A stretch of 64,000 nucleotides of DNA from Microbacterium sp. (GTDB lineage Bacteria; Actinomycetota; Actinomycetes; Actinomycetales; Microbacteriaceae): NCBI RefSeq assembly GCF_052099035.1, contig NZ_JBQDSX010000012.1:14839-78838 (forward strand), read 5' to 3'. Both the position numbers and the translations under genes were made by a program. The notes beneath the pieces were generated by a model, which saw only the letters and a list, made by a program, of their open reading frames with translations, was not told the origin of the DNA and ran no database searches. Below, one piece after another: positions 1 to 9,616 of this stretch; within the stretch, counting starts at the first letter, position 1; each line of letters opens with the position of its first letter.

Positions 1-84
1 CAGCGGACCGGCGGAGAGTACGCGATCGTCACGATGTGCATCGGCGGCGGGCAGGCGCTGGCGGCGTTGCTGAAGCGGGGTTGA
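1..84 (+). CDS. acetyl-CoA C-acyltransferase (thiolase), C-terminal fragment truncated by window edge
   Basis: Frame 1 reads QRTGGEYAIVTMCIGGGQALAALLKRG*, which contains the thiolase C-terminal catalytic motif CIGGG. Confidence 0.85.
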   Translation, partial: QRTGGEYAIVTMCIGGGQALAALLKRG

Positions 85-125
85 TTGATAGCGCCCGAGG
101 TTCACCGGTCTGCCAGGCTGGAAGC

Positions 126-1121
126 ATGACCCACCCCGAGCTGCACTACGTCGCGGCGCTTGAGCAGCTCGACCCTGCCGACGCGGTCAGCCTCGCCGCG
201 AACGCAGATCGGGCGGGCTTCGCGGGCACGGTGGTGGCCGACCGGTTCCAGCCGTGGCTGCCCACCCAGGGACACGCCTCATTCGCCTGGACGGTGCTGG
301 GCGCGATCGGTCAGCAGACTGACGGCATCCTGACGGCCTCGGCCGTGCCCGGTTACCGGATGCATCCGGCGGCAGTGGCGCAGGCATCCGCGACGCTCGC
401 AGCTCTCTATCCGGGGCGGCACCGGCTCATGCTGTCGGCGGGCGATGCGATCGATGAGCACGTCGTCGCTCCGTACTGGCCGGAGGCTGCGGAGCGATCC
501 GTGCGGATCTTCGAGGCCGCCGAACTGATTCGCAAGCTCTTCTCGGCATCCGCCAAGGGGAATGACACCCGGCACTCGGGCGCGCACTTCCGGATGGAGT
601 CCGCGCGACTGTGGACCATGCCCGCGGCTCCTCCGCCACTCCAGATCTGGGCCGGCGGCCCGGTGACCGCACGCCGCGCCGGACGGAGTACCGACGGGGT
701 CATTATGCAGGCGGGTCCGGCCGATCGGCTCTCCGCGATGCTGGATGCTTTCCGTGGCGGACATCGCGAAGCGCACCGCGAAAGTGAGACGCAGACCGCC
801 GTCCACGTGCAGCTCTCCTGGGCGCCGACCGACGACGAGGCGATGACGAACGCGCTCACGGAGTGGCCGATGGTCGGGCTGCGATTCCCTCGCGGCGACA
901 TTCGCTCCCCGTTCGACGTCGCCCAGCTCGCGCGCTCGGTGACGGCCGATGACATCCGCGCGCGGATCCCTGTCTCGGCTGACCCGGAGGTCCACCGCGC
1001 CTACCTGCAGTCGTTCTTCGATCTGGGCTTCGATGCCGTGCACGTGCACAACGTCGGGCGCAATCAGGCCGAGTGGATCGAGGTCGCCGGCCGCGACATC
1101 CTGCCGAAGCTGGTGAGGTGA
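126..1121 (+). CDS. LLM-class F420-dependent oxidoreductase (G6PDH-like family, degenerate motifs)
   Basis: D-x-[31 protein letters not shown] and HVHNVGRNQ motifs; ATG at 126 preferred over 36 because CAGGCT -10-like hexamer lies at 115-120. Confidence 0.85.
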   Translation: MTHPELHYVAALEQLDPADAVSLAANADRAGFAGTVVADRFQPWLPTQGHASFAWTVLGAIGQQTDGILTASAVPGYRMHPAAVAQASATLAALYPGRHRLMLSAGDAIDEHVVAPYWPEAAERSVRIFEAAELIRKLFSASAKGNDTRHSGAHFRMESARLWTMPAAPPPLQIWAGGPVTARRAGRSTDGVIMQAGPADRLSAMLDAFRGGHREAHRESETQTAVHVQLSWAPTDDEAMTNALTEWPMVGLRFPRGDIRSPFDVAQLARSVTADDIRARIPVSADPEVHRAYLQSFFDLGFDAVHVHNVGRNQAEWIEVAGRDILPKLVR

Positions 1122-1122
1122 C

Positions 1123-1938
1123 ATGGCCGAGAGACTGAGCATCTGGGCGCCCGTCGGCATCCCTGAGATTCGCGAGGGCGACGACCTGGCAGAGCCCATC
1201 ATTACGGCGGTCGCCGCGTCGGGTGAACCACTCGTCGACGGTGACATCCTCGTGATCACCTCGAAGATCGTCTCCAAAGCAGAGGGGCGCATCGTCCTCG
1301 CCGAAGATCGCGAAGCGGCGATCACCGACGAGACCGTCCGCGTCGTCGCCACGCGCGCACGCGGCGACGGAGGCGTGACGCGCATCGTTCAGAATCGGCT
1401 CGGCATCGTGGGGGCCGCCGCGGGTGTGGATGCTTCCAACACCGCCCCCGGCACCGTCCTACTGCTTCCGGTCGACCCGGATGCCTCGGCCCGGGCCCTC
1501 GCCGAAACGCTCAGAGCCCGCACGGGCGCGCAGATCGGCATCATCATCAGCGACACCCTCGGCCGGCCGTGGCGGAATGGTCAGACGGATGTCGCGATCG
1601 GCGCCGCCGGTGTGCACGTGTTCGATCAGCTGCAGGGCAGCGTCGACAGCGCGGGAAGGCCGCTCATCGTGACGCAGCCGTGCATCGGCGACGAACTCGC
1701 GAGCGCGACAGATCTCGCCAAGGGCAAGGTGAGCGGATGCCCGGTGGCCGTCGTACGCGGGGCAGCGCGCTTCGTCGGTCCCCTGGATCTGCCCGGAGCG
1801 CGGAGCATCGTCCGTGAGGCGGAGAAGGACATGTTCCGGCTCGGCACCGATGAAGCGCATCGTGCTGGCCACAAGGCAGGTTTCGAAGAAGGCTATGCGG
1901 CGGCGCTCGCCGCGTCCGCGAATGAGGAGGGTCACTGA
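1123..1938 (+). CDS. cofE: coenzyme F420-0:L-glutamate ligase (CofE domain only)
   Basis: [47 protein letters not shown] and DELAS motifs. Confidence 0.93.
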   Translation: MAERLSIWAPVGIPEIREGDDLAEPIITAVAASGEPLVDGDILVITSKIVSKAEGRIVLAEDREAAITDETVRVVATRARGDGGVTRIVQNRLGIVGAAAGVDASNTAPGTVLLLPVDPDASARALAETLRARTGAQIGIIISDTLGRPWRNGQTDVAIGAAGVHVFDQLQGSVDSAGRPLIVTQPCIGDELASATDLAKGKVSGCPVAVVRGAARFVGPLDLPGARSIVREAEKDMFRLGTDEAHRAGHKAGFEEGYAAALAASANEEGH

Positions 1939-2954
1939 TGACACTGACACTGGGATACAAGGCATCCGCCGAGCAGTTCGGCCCACGAGAGCTCGTTGAG
2001 ATCGCGGTTGCCGCAGAGCGGCACGGATTCGAGTCGGTCGCGGTGAGCGATCACTTCCAGCCGTGGCGATACACCGGTGGGCACGCGCCGTTCTCGATCG
2101 CATGGGCGGCCGCCGTCGGCGAACGCACGGAGCACATCCGGATCGGCACAAGCGTGATGACGCCGACATTCCGGTACAATCCTGCCGTGATCGCGCAGGC
2201 ATTCGCGACGCTGGGGATGCTGAACCCGGACCGCGTCTTCCTCGGCATCGGCACCGGCGAAGCTCTCAACGAGATCGCCACGGGATTCCAGGGTGCGGGG
2301 GAGCAGGTGTGGCCGGAATTCCGGGAGCGGTTCGCGCGTCTGCGGGAGTCCGTGCGGCTCGTGCGGGCGCTGTGGACCGGGGACCGCGTGAGCTTCGATG
2401 GCGAGTACTACTCGACGCACGAGGCATCCATCTACGACGTGCCCGACGGCGGGATCCCGATCTACATCGCAGCCGGAGGCCCCCAGGTCGCCAAGTACGC
2501 TGGTCGCGCCGGTGACGGTTTCATCTGCACGTCCGGCAAGGGTGAGGAGCTCTACACGGACAAGCTAATCCCCGCGGTGAAAGAAGGCGTCGCGGCATCC
2601 GGTCGTGAGTTCGACCAGATCGACCGGATGATCGAGATCAAGATCTCGTACGAGGAGACCGAGCAGGCGGCGCTGGAGAACACCCGGTTCTGGGCACCGT
2701 TGTCGCTGTCGAAGGAGCAGAAGCACGACATCACCGACCCGGTCGAGATGGAGAAGGCCGCCGACGCCCTCCCGATCGAGCAGGTCGCCCAGCGTTGGAT
2801 CGTCGGCACGGATCCGGATGCTGTTGTCGCCCAGATCAAGGATTACGCCGACTGGGGCTTCAACCACCTCGTCTTCCACGGACCAGGCCAGGACCAGGAG
2901 AGGTTCATGACCCTGTTCGAGAGGGATCTCGCTCCAAGGCTGCGGGCGTTGTAG
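1938..2954 (+). CDS. fgd: F420-dependent glucose-6-phosphate dehydrogenase
   Basis: [58 protein letters not shown] and HLVFHGPG motifs. Confidence 0.93.
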   Translation: MTLTLGYKASAEQFGPRELVEIAVAAERHGFESVAVSDHFQPWRYTGGHAPFSIAWAAAVGERTEHIRIGTSVMTPTFRYNPAVIAQAFATLGMLNPDRVFLGIGTGEALNEIATGFQGAGEQVWPEFRERFARLRESVRLVRALWTGDRVSFDGEYYSTHEASIYDVPDGGIPIYIAAGGPQVAKYAGRAGDGFICTSGKGEELYTDKLIPAVKEGVAASGREFDQIDRMIEIKISYEETEQAALENTRFWAPLSLSKEQKHDITDPVEMEKAADALPIEQVAQRWIVGTDPDAVVAQIKDYADWGFNHLVFHGPGQDQERFMTLFERDLAPRLRAL

Positions 2955-2965
2955 GGGGTGAGTCG

Positions 2966-3026
2966 GGCTTCGGCTCGCTGGCGCTCGCTCAGCCCGCTTC
3001 GTCTCGCTTCGCTCGCTCAACGACCC
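2966..3026 (+). repeat. Family A REP-like doublet (TTCG[A/T]CTCGCT.CGCTCGCTCAAC x2) between convergent genes
   Basis: Near-identical to copies at 18962, 28894, 29109, 46196, 46345 and 49052. Confidence 0.85.
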
Positions 3027-3031
3027 GTGGT

Positions 3032-3877
3032 TCAGCCCAACCCGAGCTTCACGGCAAGCTGCTCGAGCGTCGGAATCGGATCTTCGCGCGCAGGCAGGAC
3101 CTGCACGCACACATGGTCCGCGCCCGCATCGAGATGTCCGCGAACCGCGGCGGCCAGATCAGCGGCCGACCCATGCGGCGTCAGCGCATCGACAGCCTCG
3201 TCGGTCGCGCCGTCATCGAGATCGGATGCCGTGAAACCATGCTGCTCCAGCGTGCGCCGATAATTCGACAGCGATAGATACCGCGACAGGAACGTGCGTC
3301 CGACAGCTCGCGCAGCATCCGCATCGATGCCAGGAACGAGACGCTGCTCGGGCGCGATCAACACCTCCGGTCCGACGATCTCGCGGGCGAACCGCGTGTG
3401 CGTCGGCGTCGTCATGTACGGGTGGGTGCCCGCCGAGCGCTCGGCGGCGAGGCGCAGCGTCCGAGGTCCGAGCGCGGAGATCATCCGCCGCTCAGCCGGA
3501 ACGCCTTCGGCATCGAGCACATCCAGATACCCCACGAGCGCCGAGTAGGGCTTCTGATAGACATCGCCCTGATTCTCGCGGTGGCCGATCCCGACGCCCA
3601 GGATGAATCGCCCGGGATGGGTCTTCTCGAGCCGGTGGAACGACGCGGCGATCTCGGTTGCCGGGGCAGTCCAGATGTTGACGATCCCGGTCGCGACTTT
3701 GATCTCGGAGGTGGCGTCGAGCAGTTCCTCTGCGATGGCAAGGTCAGTGGCAGGAGACCCTCCGATCCACACGGTGCCGTAGCCGAGCCGCTCTGCGGCG
3801 ACAACGATCTCGGGTGTGAGGAGCCCGCCGCCCCGCCAGAGTCCGACATTTCCCAGTGAGGGCTTGGACATGCTCAT
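3032..3877 (-). CDS. LLM-class F420-dependent oxidoreductase (MSMEG_4141-like)
   Basis: LGYGTVWIGG, VATGIVNIW, GRFILGVGIGH, ALGPRTL and AGADHVCVQV motifs; F420 gene context. Confidence 0.85.
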   Translation of the reverse strand: MSMSKPSLGNVGLWRGGGLLTPEIVVAAERLGYGTVWIGGSPATDLAIAEELLDATSEIKVATGIVNIWTAPATEIAASFHRLEKTHPGRFILGVGIGHRENQGDVYQKPYSALVGYLDVLDAEGVPAERRMISALGPRTLRLAAERSAGTHPYMTTPTHTRFAREIVGPEVLIAPEQRLVPGIDADAARAVGRTFLSRYLSLSNYRRTLEQHGFTASDLDDGATDEAVDALTPHGSAADLAAAVRGHLDAGADHVCVQVLPAREDPIPTLEQLAVKLGLG

Positions 3878-3968
3878 CGGAACTCCATTCAGCGAAGCGG
3901 TCAGGGTGCTCGAGAGCGAGCCTATCGACGTCCACGAACGAGAGGGCCGAGGTCGCTAAACTGCACGC

Positions 3969-4958
3969 ATGCGCTTCGGAACTTTCATCCCTCAAGGCTG
4001 GCGATTCGACCTCGTGGGCATCGAGCCCGCCGACCAGTGGCAGGTGATGCGCGACCTCGCACAAGCGGCCGACGCCGGACCCTGGGAATCGCTGTGGGTC
4101 TACGACCACTTCCACACCACCCCGATTGCCAGCGAAGAGGCCACGCACGAGGCATGGACGCTGATGTCGGCATTCGCGGCTTCCACCTCGCGCATCCGCC
4201 TCGGCCAGATGTGCACCTGCATGTCGTACCGCAACCCGGCGTACCTGGCGAAGGTGGCCGCGACCGTCGACATCGTCTCGGGCGGACGCACCGAGATGGG
4301 CATCGGCGGCGGCTGGTACGAAGATGAGTGGCGGGCTTATGGCTACGGGTTCCCGTCCGCAGGCGACCGGCTGCGCCGACTCGACGAGGGCGTGCAGATC
4401 ATGCGCCAGGCGTGGACGACCGGCGAGGCGACCCTCGACGGCAAGCACTACCAGGTCGACCGCGCGCTCGTCCGTCCGCTGCCGCTCCAGACAGGCGGCA
4501 TCCCGCTGTGGATCGCCGGCGGCGGCGAGAAAGTCACGCTGAAGATCGCCGCAAAGTACGCCCAATACACGAACTTCGCTGGATCGCCGGACGAGTTCAG
4601 CGCGAAGAGCGAGATCCTCCGCACGCACACACAGAATGTCGGCACCGATTTCGACGCCATCGTGCGCTCGGCGAACTACAACACCGTGGTCGGCTCCACC
4701 GAGGCAGAGGTCGCAGACCGGATTGCCGCGATCGAGGCCCGTGTCGCCCCGCACCTCGGCGACCGCACGGAGAGCTTCATGCAGAACTACCGCAGTGAGG
4801 ACGCGATCTGCGTCGGCACCCCGGAGCAGATCATCGAGCGGATGCAGGACATGTCGGCTCGCGGCCTCGGATACGCGATCCACTACTTCCCGGAGGCCGC
4901 CTACGACCGATCCGGCATGGAGCTGTTCGAACGCGAGGTCATCCCGGCGCTGAGCTGA
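3969..4958 (+). CDS. LLM-class F420-dependent oxidoreductase (Rv1855c-like)
   Basis: WVYDHFH, YRNPAYLAKVAATVD, GIGGGW and IAGGGEKVTL motifs; TAAACT 6 nt upstream suggests a leaderless start. Confidence 0.88.
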   Translation: MRFGTFIPQGWRFDLVGIEPADQWQVMRDLAQAADAGPWESLWVYDHFHTTPIASEEATHEAWTLMSAFAASTSRIRLGQMCTCMSYRNPAYLAKVAATVDIVSGGRTEMGIGGGWYEDEWRAYGYGFPSAGDRLRRLDEGVQIMRQAWTTGEATLDGKHYQVDRALVRPLPLQTGGIPLWIAGGGEKVTLKIAAKYAQYTNFAGSPDEFSAKSEILRTHTQNVGTDFDAIVRSANYNTVVGSTEAEVADRIAAIEARVAPHLGDRTESFMQNYRSEDAICVGTPEQIIERMQDMSARGLGYAIHYFPEAAYDRSGMELFEREVIPALS

Positions 4959-4967
4959 GGCGGCGCG

Positions 4968-5363
4968 CTACTGCCCGATGACCTTGTCGACCGACATCAC
5001 GAGGATCACGCGGTCGGCGGCATCCGCCGGCGCGGGAGGATTTTCGGCGCCGTATCGAAGCGCGAGCTGCTGATAGAACGACCCCGTCGGGTCGGGCGTT
5101 GCCTCGAGCAGCCGCCCGCGCACCTCCACGTAGTGGGTGGGCTTTTCGGGGTCGTACACCGCCAGGCTCATCGACGGGTTGCGCTGGAGATTGCGATACT
5201 TTGTGCGCTTCGTCGTGTGGGTGAACCGGATGCTGTCCCCATCGAACTCGAACCACATCGGGCTCGTCTGCGCGGTGTCACCACGCCCGACGGTGCCAAG
5301 CACGCCGAAAACAGGACGCTCGAGAAGGTCGATGAGATGGCTGGGTACAGAGGAAGAGCTCAT
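4968..5363 (-). CDS. PPOX-class (split-barrel) F420-dependent oxidoreductase
   Basis: QTSPMWF, KYRNLQRNP and YVEVRG motifs. Confidence 0.85.
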   Translation of the reverse strand: MSSSSVPSHLIDLLERPVFGVLGTVGRGDTAQTSPMWFEFDGDSIRFTHTTKRTKYRNLQRNPSMSLAVYDPEKPTHYVEVRGRLLEATPDPTGSFYQQLALRYGAENPPAPADAADRVILVMSVDKVIGQ

Positions 5364-6187
5364 GCCCCCGAGTGTATCGACGCGTCCACAGAGGCAGCGG
5401 ACTCGAGCGGCGAGAACGCGATCAGCGGAGCCCCGTCGACCGGATGCGGGATCACATCGGCGCGGACGCCGTAGACGAGCTGGATCAATTCCGGGGTGAG
5501 CGTGTCCGCCGGCGTTCCGGATGCCACGACCCGCCCGCGATCCAGGACGATGATCTTGTCGGCGTAGCGTGCGGTGAGGGTGAGATCGTGGAGGGCTGCG
5601 AGCACGCCGATGTCCTCGTCGGCCAGAGATCTCATCAGCTCCAGCGTATGCAGCTGTGCGTGGATATCGAGGTGATTGGTCGGCTCATCCATGAGCAGCA
5701 GCGCCGGCTCCTGCGCAAGCGCCCGTGCGAGCAGAATACGTTGGCGCTCGCCGCCGGAGAGCTGCTGAAATCGTCGTTCCGAGAACTCCGACGCGCCGGT
5801 GCGATGCAGGGCAGTGCGGGCGATATCGACGTCCGCTGATCCTGGCCCGCTGAGCGCGCCCAGGTGCGGGCTGCGCCCGAGCAGCACGACATCGAGCACG
5901 CTCAGATCGAGCTCCGTCTCGGCCTGCTGCTCGACGAGTGCCGTGAAGCGCGCCCGCGCTCGCCGTCGCATCGTCCTGGTATCGGTTCCGTCGAGTTCCA
6001 CCGCGCCCGCCGTCGGCTTCTCCGCGGCGGCGATGAGGTGCAGGAGGGTCGACTTGCCCGCGCCGTTGGGACCGACGAGCGCGGTGAGGGATCCGGCCTC
6101 GACAGTGCAGTCGACGTCGTCGATCAGCATCCGTCCGTCTCGCTGGAACGCGATGCCGTCGGTGCGGAGCGGGGGATGAGAGGTCAT
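5360..6187 (-). CDS. ABC transporter ATP-binding protein (FecE/BtuD-like; putative F420-0 importer)
   Basis: Walker A GPNGAGKST, LSGGERQR, MDEPTNHLD and LHDL motifs. Confidence 0.9.
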   Translation of the reverse strand: MTSHPPLRTDGIAFQRDGRMLIDDVDCTVEAGSLTALVGPNGAGKSTLLHLIAAAEKPTAGAVELDGTDTRTMRRRARARFTALVEQQAETELDLSVLDVVLLGRSPHLGALSGPGSADVDIARTALHRTGASEFSERRFQQLSGGERQRILLARALAQEPALLLMDEPTNHLDIHAQLHTLELMRSLADEDIGVLAALHDLTLTARYADKIIVLDRGRVVASGTPADTLTPELIQLVYGVRADVIPHPVDGAPLIAFSPLESAASVDASIHSGA

Positions 6188-7254
6188 GAGATTCTCCGTG
6201 AACGCAGCAGGAGCAGTCCGAACAGCGGGGCACCGATGAGCGCGGTCACCACGCCGACGGGCAGCTCCCGCGGATCGAACAGCGTGCGCGCGAGCGTGTC
6301 GGCCCAGATCAGCACGATCGCACCGGTCAGCGCCGACAACGGCAGCAGCGCGCGATGACGGGCACCGACGATCAGCCGGACCGCGTGCGGCACGACCAGA
6401 CCGATGAATCCGATGGACCCGCTCACCGCCACGAGGCAGCCGGTCAGCAGCGCCGTCGCCGTGAGCAGGATCCAGCGGGTCCGCTCGACCGAGACGCCGA
6501 GGGATGCCGCCGCACGGTCGCCGAACGCGAAGGCATCAAGCGTCCCCGCGCTGAGCATCAGCGGGAGCCCCACCAGTACGAGCGCGCCCAGGGCGAGCAG
6601 CGCGGTCGCCCAGGTGGAGCCGGCGAGGGACCCGAGCAGCCAACCCAGGATCTCGCGGTAGCTGTCACCCGTCGCGCTCCAGAAGATCACCAGACTCGTG
6701 AGGGCACCGAGCGCGGCAGAGACAGCGACGCCGGCGAGAATCGTTCGGGATGCCGTCATCCGGCCGATCGCTCCGGCGAGCAGCAGGGTGAGGGCAAGAG
6801 CCCCCAGCGCACCGCCGAAAGCGGCGAGCGGCAGTGCGATCGAGAAACCCAGCACGATCACGAGGACGGCCCCGAAGGAGGCTCCGGAGGAGAGGCCCAG
6901 CAGATAGGGATCGGCGAGCGGGTTCCGCAGGACCGCCTGCATGATCGCACCGCAGATCGCGAGTCCTCCTCCGACGGATGCCGCGGCGAGCTCGCGCGGC
7001 ATCCGAAGCTGCCAGACGATTCCGTCGCGCAACGTGCTCAGCGTCGTGTCCCCGATTCCCAGATGGGCGAGGATACTGCTCCACGCCTCGCCGGGTGAGA
7101 TCTGCGCCGGGCCGAACGTGACGGCGAGCACCACGGATGCGCCCAGGACGACGAGGAGGCCTGCCGCCCACACGCCCGTCCGCGCGCCGGAGCGATCACG
7201 CCGGTCGGGTTCCGATGTGCGCGGGGGCGAGGGAGAGGTCATCGTCGTCATCAC
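6184..7254 (-). CDS. ABC transporter permease, FecCD family (putative F420-0 importer)
   Basis: LRMPR, QAVLRNPLADPYLLGLSSGA, GSIGFIGLVVPH and ELPVGVVTALIGAP motifs; multiple TM helices. Confidence 0.9.
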   Translation of the reverse strand: MMTTMTSPSPPRTSEPDRRDRSGARTGVWAAGLLVVLGASVVLAVTFGPAQISPGEAWSSILAHLGIGDTTLSTLRDGIVWQLRMPRELAAASVGGGLAICGAIMQAVLRNPLADPYLLGLSSGASFGAVLVIVLGFSIALPLAAFGGALGALALTLLLAGAIGRMTASRTILAGVAVSAALGALTSLVIFWSATGDSYREILGWLLGSLAGSTWATALLALGALVLVGLPLMLSAGTLDAFAFGDRAAASLGVSVERTRWILLTATALLTGCLVAVSGSIGFIGLVVPHAVRLIVGARHRALLPLSALTGAIVLIWADTLARTLFDPRELPVGVVTALIGAPLFGLLLLRSRRIS

Positions 7255-8249
7255 GGCAGGCTGATCTCCTCCAGCTGCGCGACCAACGACTGCACGGCTT
7301 CGACGTTGCGCACTCCGGCCTCACCGGCGGCGAAGGGCACGACGAGATAGCGATGATCCCGCACGGCCGGAAGCTGGGCGGTCGCCGGATTTGATTCGAG
7401 CACGCCGATCTTCTTCTCAGTCGATCCCCACGCGGAGTCGACGAGGACGATCACGTCAGGGTTCGCGTCGATGACGGCCTCCCAGCTGAGGCTCGACCAG
7501 GTCTCATCCACGTCTGCGGCGATGTTGGTGAGCCCCGCAGCATCCATCATCATCTGCGGTGCGCCGATGCCGGCGCCGACGTAGGGGGTGTCGCTGCCGG
7601 AGCTGAACCAGAGAGCGGTCAGATCGCGATCATCGGGGGTGACGGCGTCGAGCTGGCTATGCAGGTCGGCGACGAGGCCGTCCGCAGCATCCGGCACGTC
7701 GAAGATCGCACCCATCTGTTCGATCTCCGCGAAGACGTCGTCGAAGGTGAGCGGGGTGGGCTGGTACTCGGGCTCCTGGCAGGCGGCGGGGGACACGAAA
7801 GTGTTGACACCGAGCGAGGCGAGCGTCGCGCGGTCGCCGGCGCCGTCGGCCGTGACATTGGATTCCCATCCGGCGTAGACGAGGTCGGGCTCGAGATCCA
7901 GCGTCGCCTCCTGCCCGGGAACCTTGTCGGAGATCAGCGGAATGTCGCTGCCCCGGGAAGCCCACTCCTCGGCATAGGGACCATCGGGGAATGCGGTGCC
8001 GATCATCCGATCCTCCAGGCCGAGGGCGAGCATCATCTCGATCGAGGTCGACTTGATCGCCAGAACCTTCTCCGGAGCTTCGTCGAACGTGACCGAGGTG
8101 CCGCAGTTGTCGATCGTGAGGGGATAGACGGCCGCTGCCGGCGGGGCCGTGTCCGGCGCTGCATCGGCGGTGGATGCGCAGCCCACGAAAGCGGATGCTG
8201 CGACAAGAATGGCAACGGACGTGATGAGTCGCTGTCGGCGGACGGGCAT
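7251..8249 (-). CDS. ABC transporter substrate-binding lipoprotein (putative F420-0 binding)
   Basis: Lipobox AFVGC; YPLTIDNCG and EPDLVYAGWES; AGGAGA RBS before ATG at 8249. Confidence 0.85.
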   Translation of the reverse strand: MPVRRQRLITSVAILVAASAFVGCASTADAAPDTAPPAAAVYPLTIDNCGTSVTFDEAPEKVLAIKSTSIEMMLALGLEDRMIGTAFPDGPYAEEWASRGSDIPLISDKVPGQEATLDLEPDLVYAGWESNVTADGAGDRATLASLGVNTFVSPAACQEPEYQPTPLTFDDVFAEIEQMGAIFDVPDAADGLVADLHSQLDAVTPDDRDLTALWFSSGSDTPYVGAGIGAPQMMMDAAGLTNIAADVDETWSSLSWEAVIDANPDVIVLVDSAWGSTEKKIGVLESNPATAQLPAVRDHRYLVVPFAAGEAGVRNVEAVQSLVAQLEEISLP

Positions 8250-8388
8250 GAGTCTCCTGGCGCTGGTCGAGTGATGACGAGCGGCCAAGTTCACGGCCGA
8301 TTTGTCCCTGCCAATGCGGGCAGAGGATCAAGGATGAGTCTAGCCAGGTCCGGGCGCAGCCAGAACCGGCGACGTACTACTCTGTTGT

Positions 8389-8402
8389 TGTTATCGGTCA
8401 CA
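8389..8402. promoter_or_regulatory. candidate LacI-family operator TGTTATCGGTCACA upstream of the lacI-type gene
   Basis: TGT-N8-ACA with central CG; similar to site at 9493. Confidence 0.5.
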
Positions 8403-8417
8403 GGGTCGGGGTAGGCG

Positions 8418-9449
8418 ATGAGCGGCGAGAGTACGCCACAGAACGGCAGCTCGCGCCGCCCGAGTATCTACGATGTCGCCGAGCGCGCCGGCGTCTCGCA
8501 CATGACTGTCTCCCGGGTGCTGAACGGGCATCCGAACATCCGCGAAGCCACCCGCGAGCGCGTGCTGAGTGCGATCGACGAGATGAGCTACACGCGCAGC
8601 ACGATTGCCCGCGCTCTCGCGACGAAGCGCACGATGCGCATCGGGGTCCTTGTCGATGGTCCCGGACAGCACGGCCCCAACAGCACCCTGCGCGCACTGG
8701 AATCCGCAGCCCGCGAGCGCGGCTACTCCGTCAGCGCGTTCTCCGTGGCTGACGACGACAACCACCGCATCGACGACGGCGTCCTCGATCTGCTGACCCA
8801 GGGCGTCGACGCGCTGTGCCTGATCGCCCCCCGCGCATCCTCGCTCGACGTACTAAGAAAGCAGTCGATCGGCCTTCCGATCCTCATCATCAAGGATGAG
8901 GCGGATGCCGAGATGCACACGGCCGCTGTCGATCAGCGGGCGGGAGCCGATGAAGCAGTTCGCCACCTCATCGACCTCGGTCACCGAGTCATCCTGCACC
9001 TGTCGGGTCCGACGGAGTGGTTCGATGCTCGGGCGCGCGCCGAGGCCTGGCGGGATCGACTGACCAACGCGGGGCTCGAAGTCCGCGATCCGGTGGTCGG
9101 CGACTGGTCATCGGACTCCGGCTATGCGTACGGGTTGAGCCACGATCTCGGAGATGCGACCGCAGTCTTCGCCTCGAACGACCAGATGGCCCTCGGCGTC
9201 GTTCACGGGCTGGTCGAACGAGGACTTCGGGTTCCGGAGGACATCAGTGTGATCGGGTTCGATGATCTGCCCGACGCGCGCCATTTTCTTCCTCCGCTGA
9301 CCACGGTGCGCCAGCACTTCGATGCGCTGGGCCGATTGGCGATCCGTGAATTGCTGATCGCCATCGATGGCGGCGAGAGCGACGAGCGCGCCCTGATCCA
9401 GCCCACTCTCGTCATTCGATCTTCCACCGCCGTACCGCGTTCGCGGTAA
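8418..9449 (+). CDS. LacI-family transcriptional regulator (probable arabinose repressor)
   Basis: SIYDVAERAGVSHMTVSRVLN HTH; NDQMALG and GFDD...PPLTTVRQ; adjacent to ara genes. Confidence 0.92.
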   Translation: MSGESTPQNGSSRRPSIYDVAERAGVSHMTVSRVLNGHPNIREATRERVLSAIDEMSYTRSTIARALATKRTMRIGVLVDGPGQHGPNSTLRALESAARERGYSVSAFSVADDDNHRIDDGVLDLLTQGVDALCLIAPRASSLDVLRKQSIGLPILIIKDEADAEMHTAAVDQRAGADEAVRHLIDLGHRVILHLSGPTEWFDARARAEAWRDRLTNAGLEVRDPVVGDWSSDSGYAYGLSHDLGDATAVFASNDQMALGVVHGLVERGLRVPEDISVIGFDDLPDARHFLPPLTTVRQHFDALGRLAIRELLIAIDGGESDERALIQPTLVIRSSTAVPRSR

Positions 9450-9491
9450 CAAGCTTGTAACGACGCGGGTCTGTCGACTTGCGCTTCATGA

Positions 9492-9507
9492 TTGTTAGCG
9501 CGCACAA
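9492..9507. promoter_or_regulatory. candidate LacI-family operator TTGTTAGCGCGCACAA upstream of araD
   Basis: Imperfect palindrome of the TGT.AGCGC..ACA type. Confidence 0.65.
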
Positions 9508-9616
9508 TGACACAAGCACGGTGGCCACGGCGGACAATTCACACCCGACGGCGATGTGCCGTAGGACTCAACGAGGAGATGTCCAGCGCGCCGTCACTCG
9601 TAAGAAGGAGTAGTCG

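Noticed and set aside
8250-8417. Cobalamin riboswitch or iron box upstream of the BtuCDF/FecBCD-like transporter
   Set aside because: No B12-box or DtxR/IdeR-like palindrome seen; F420 context fits better
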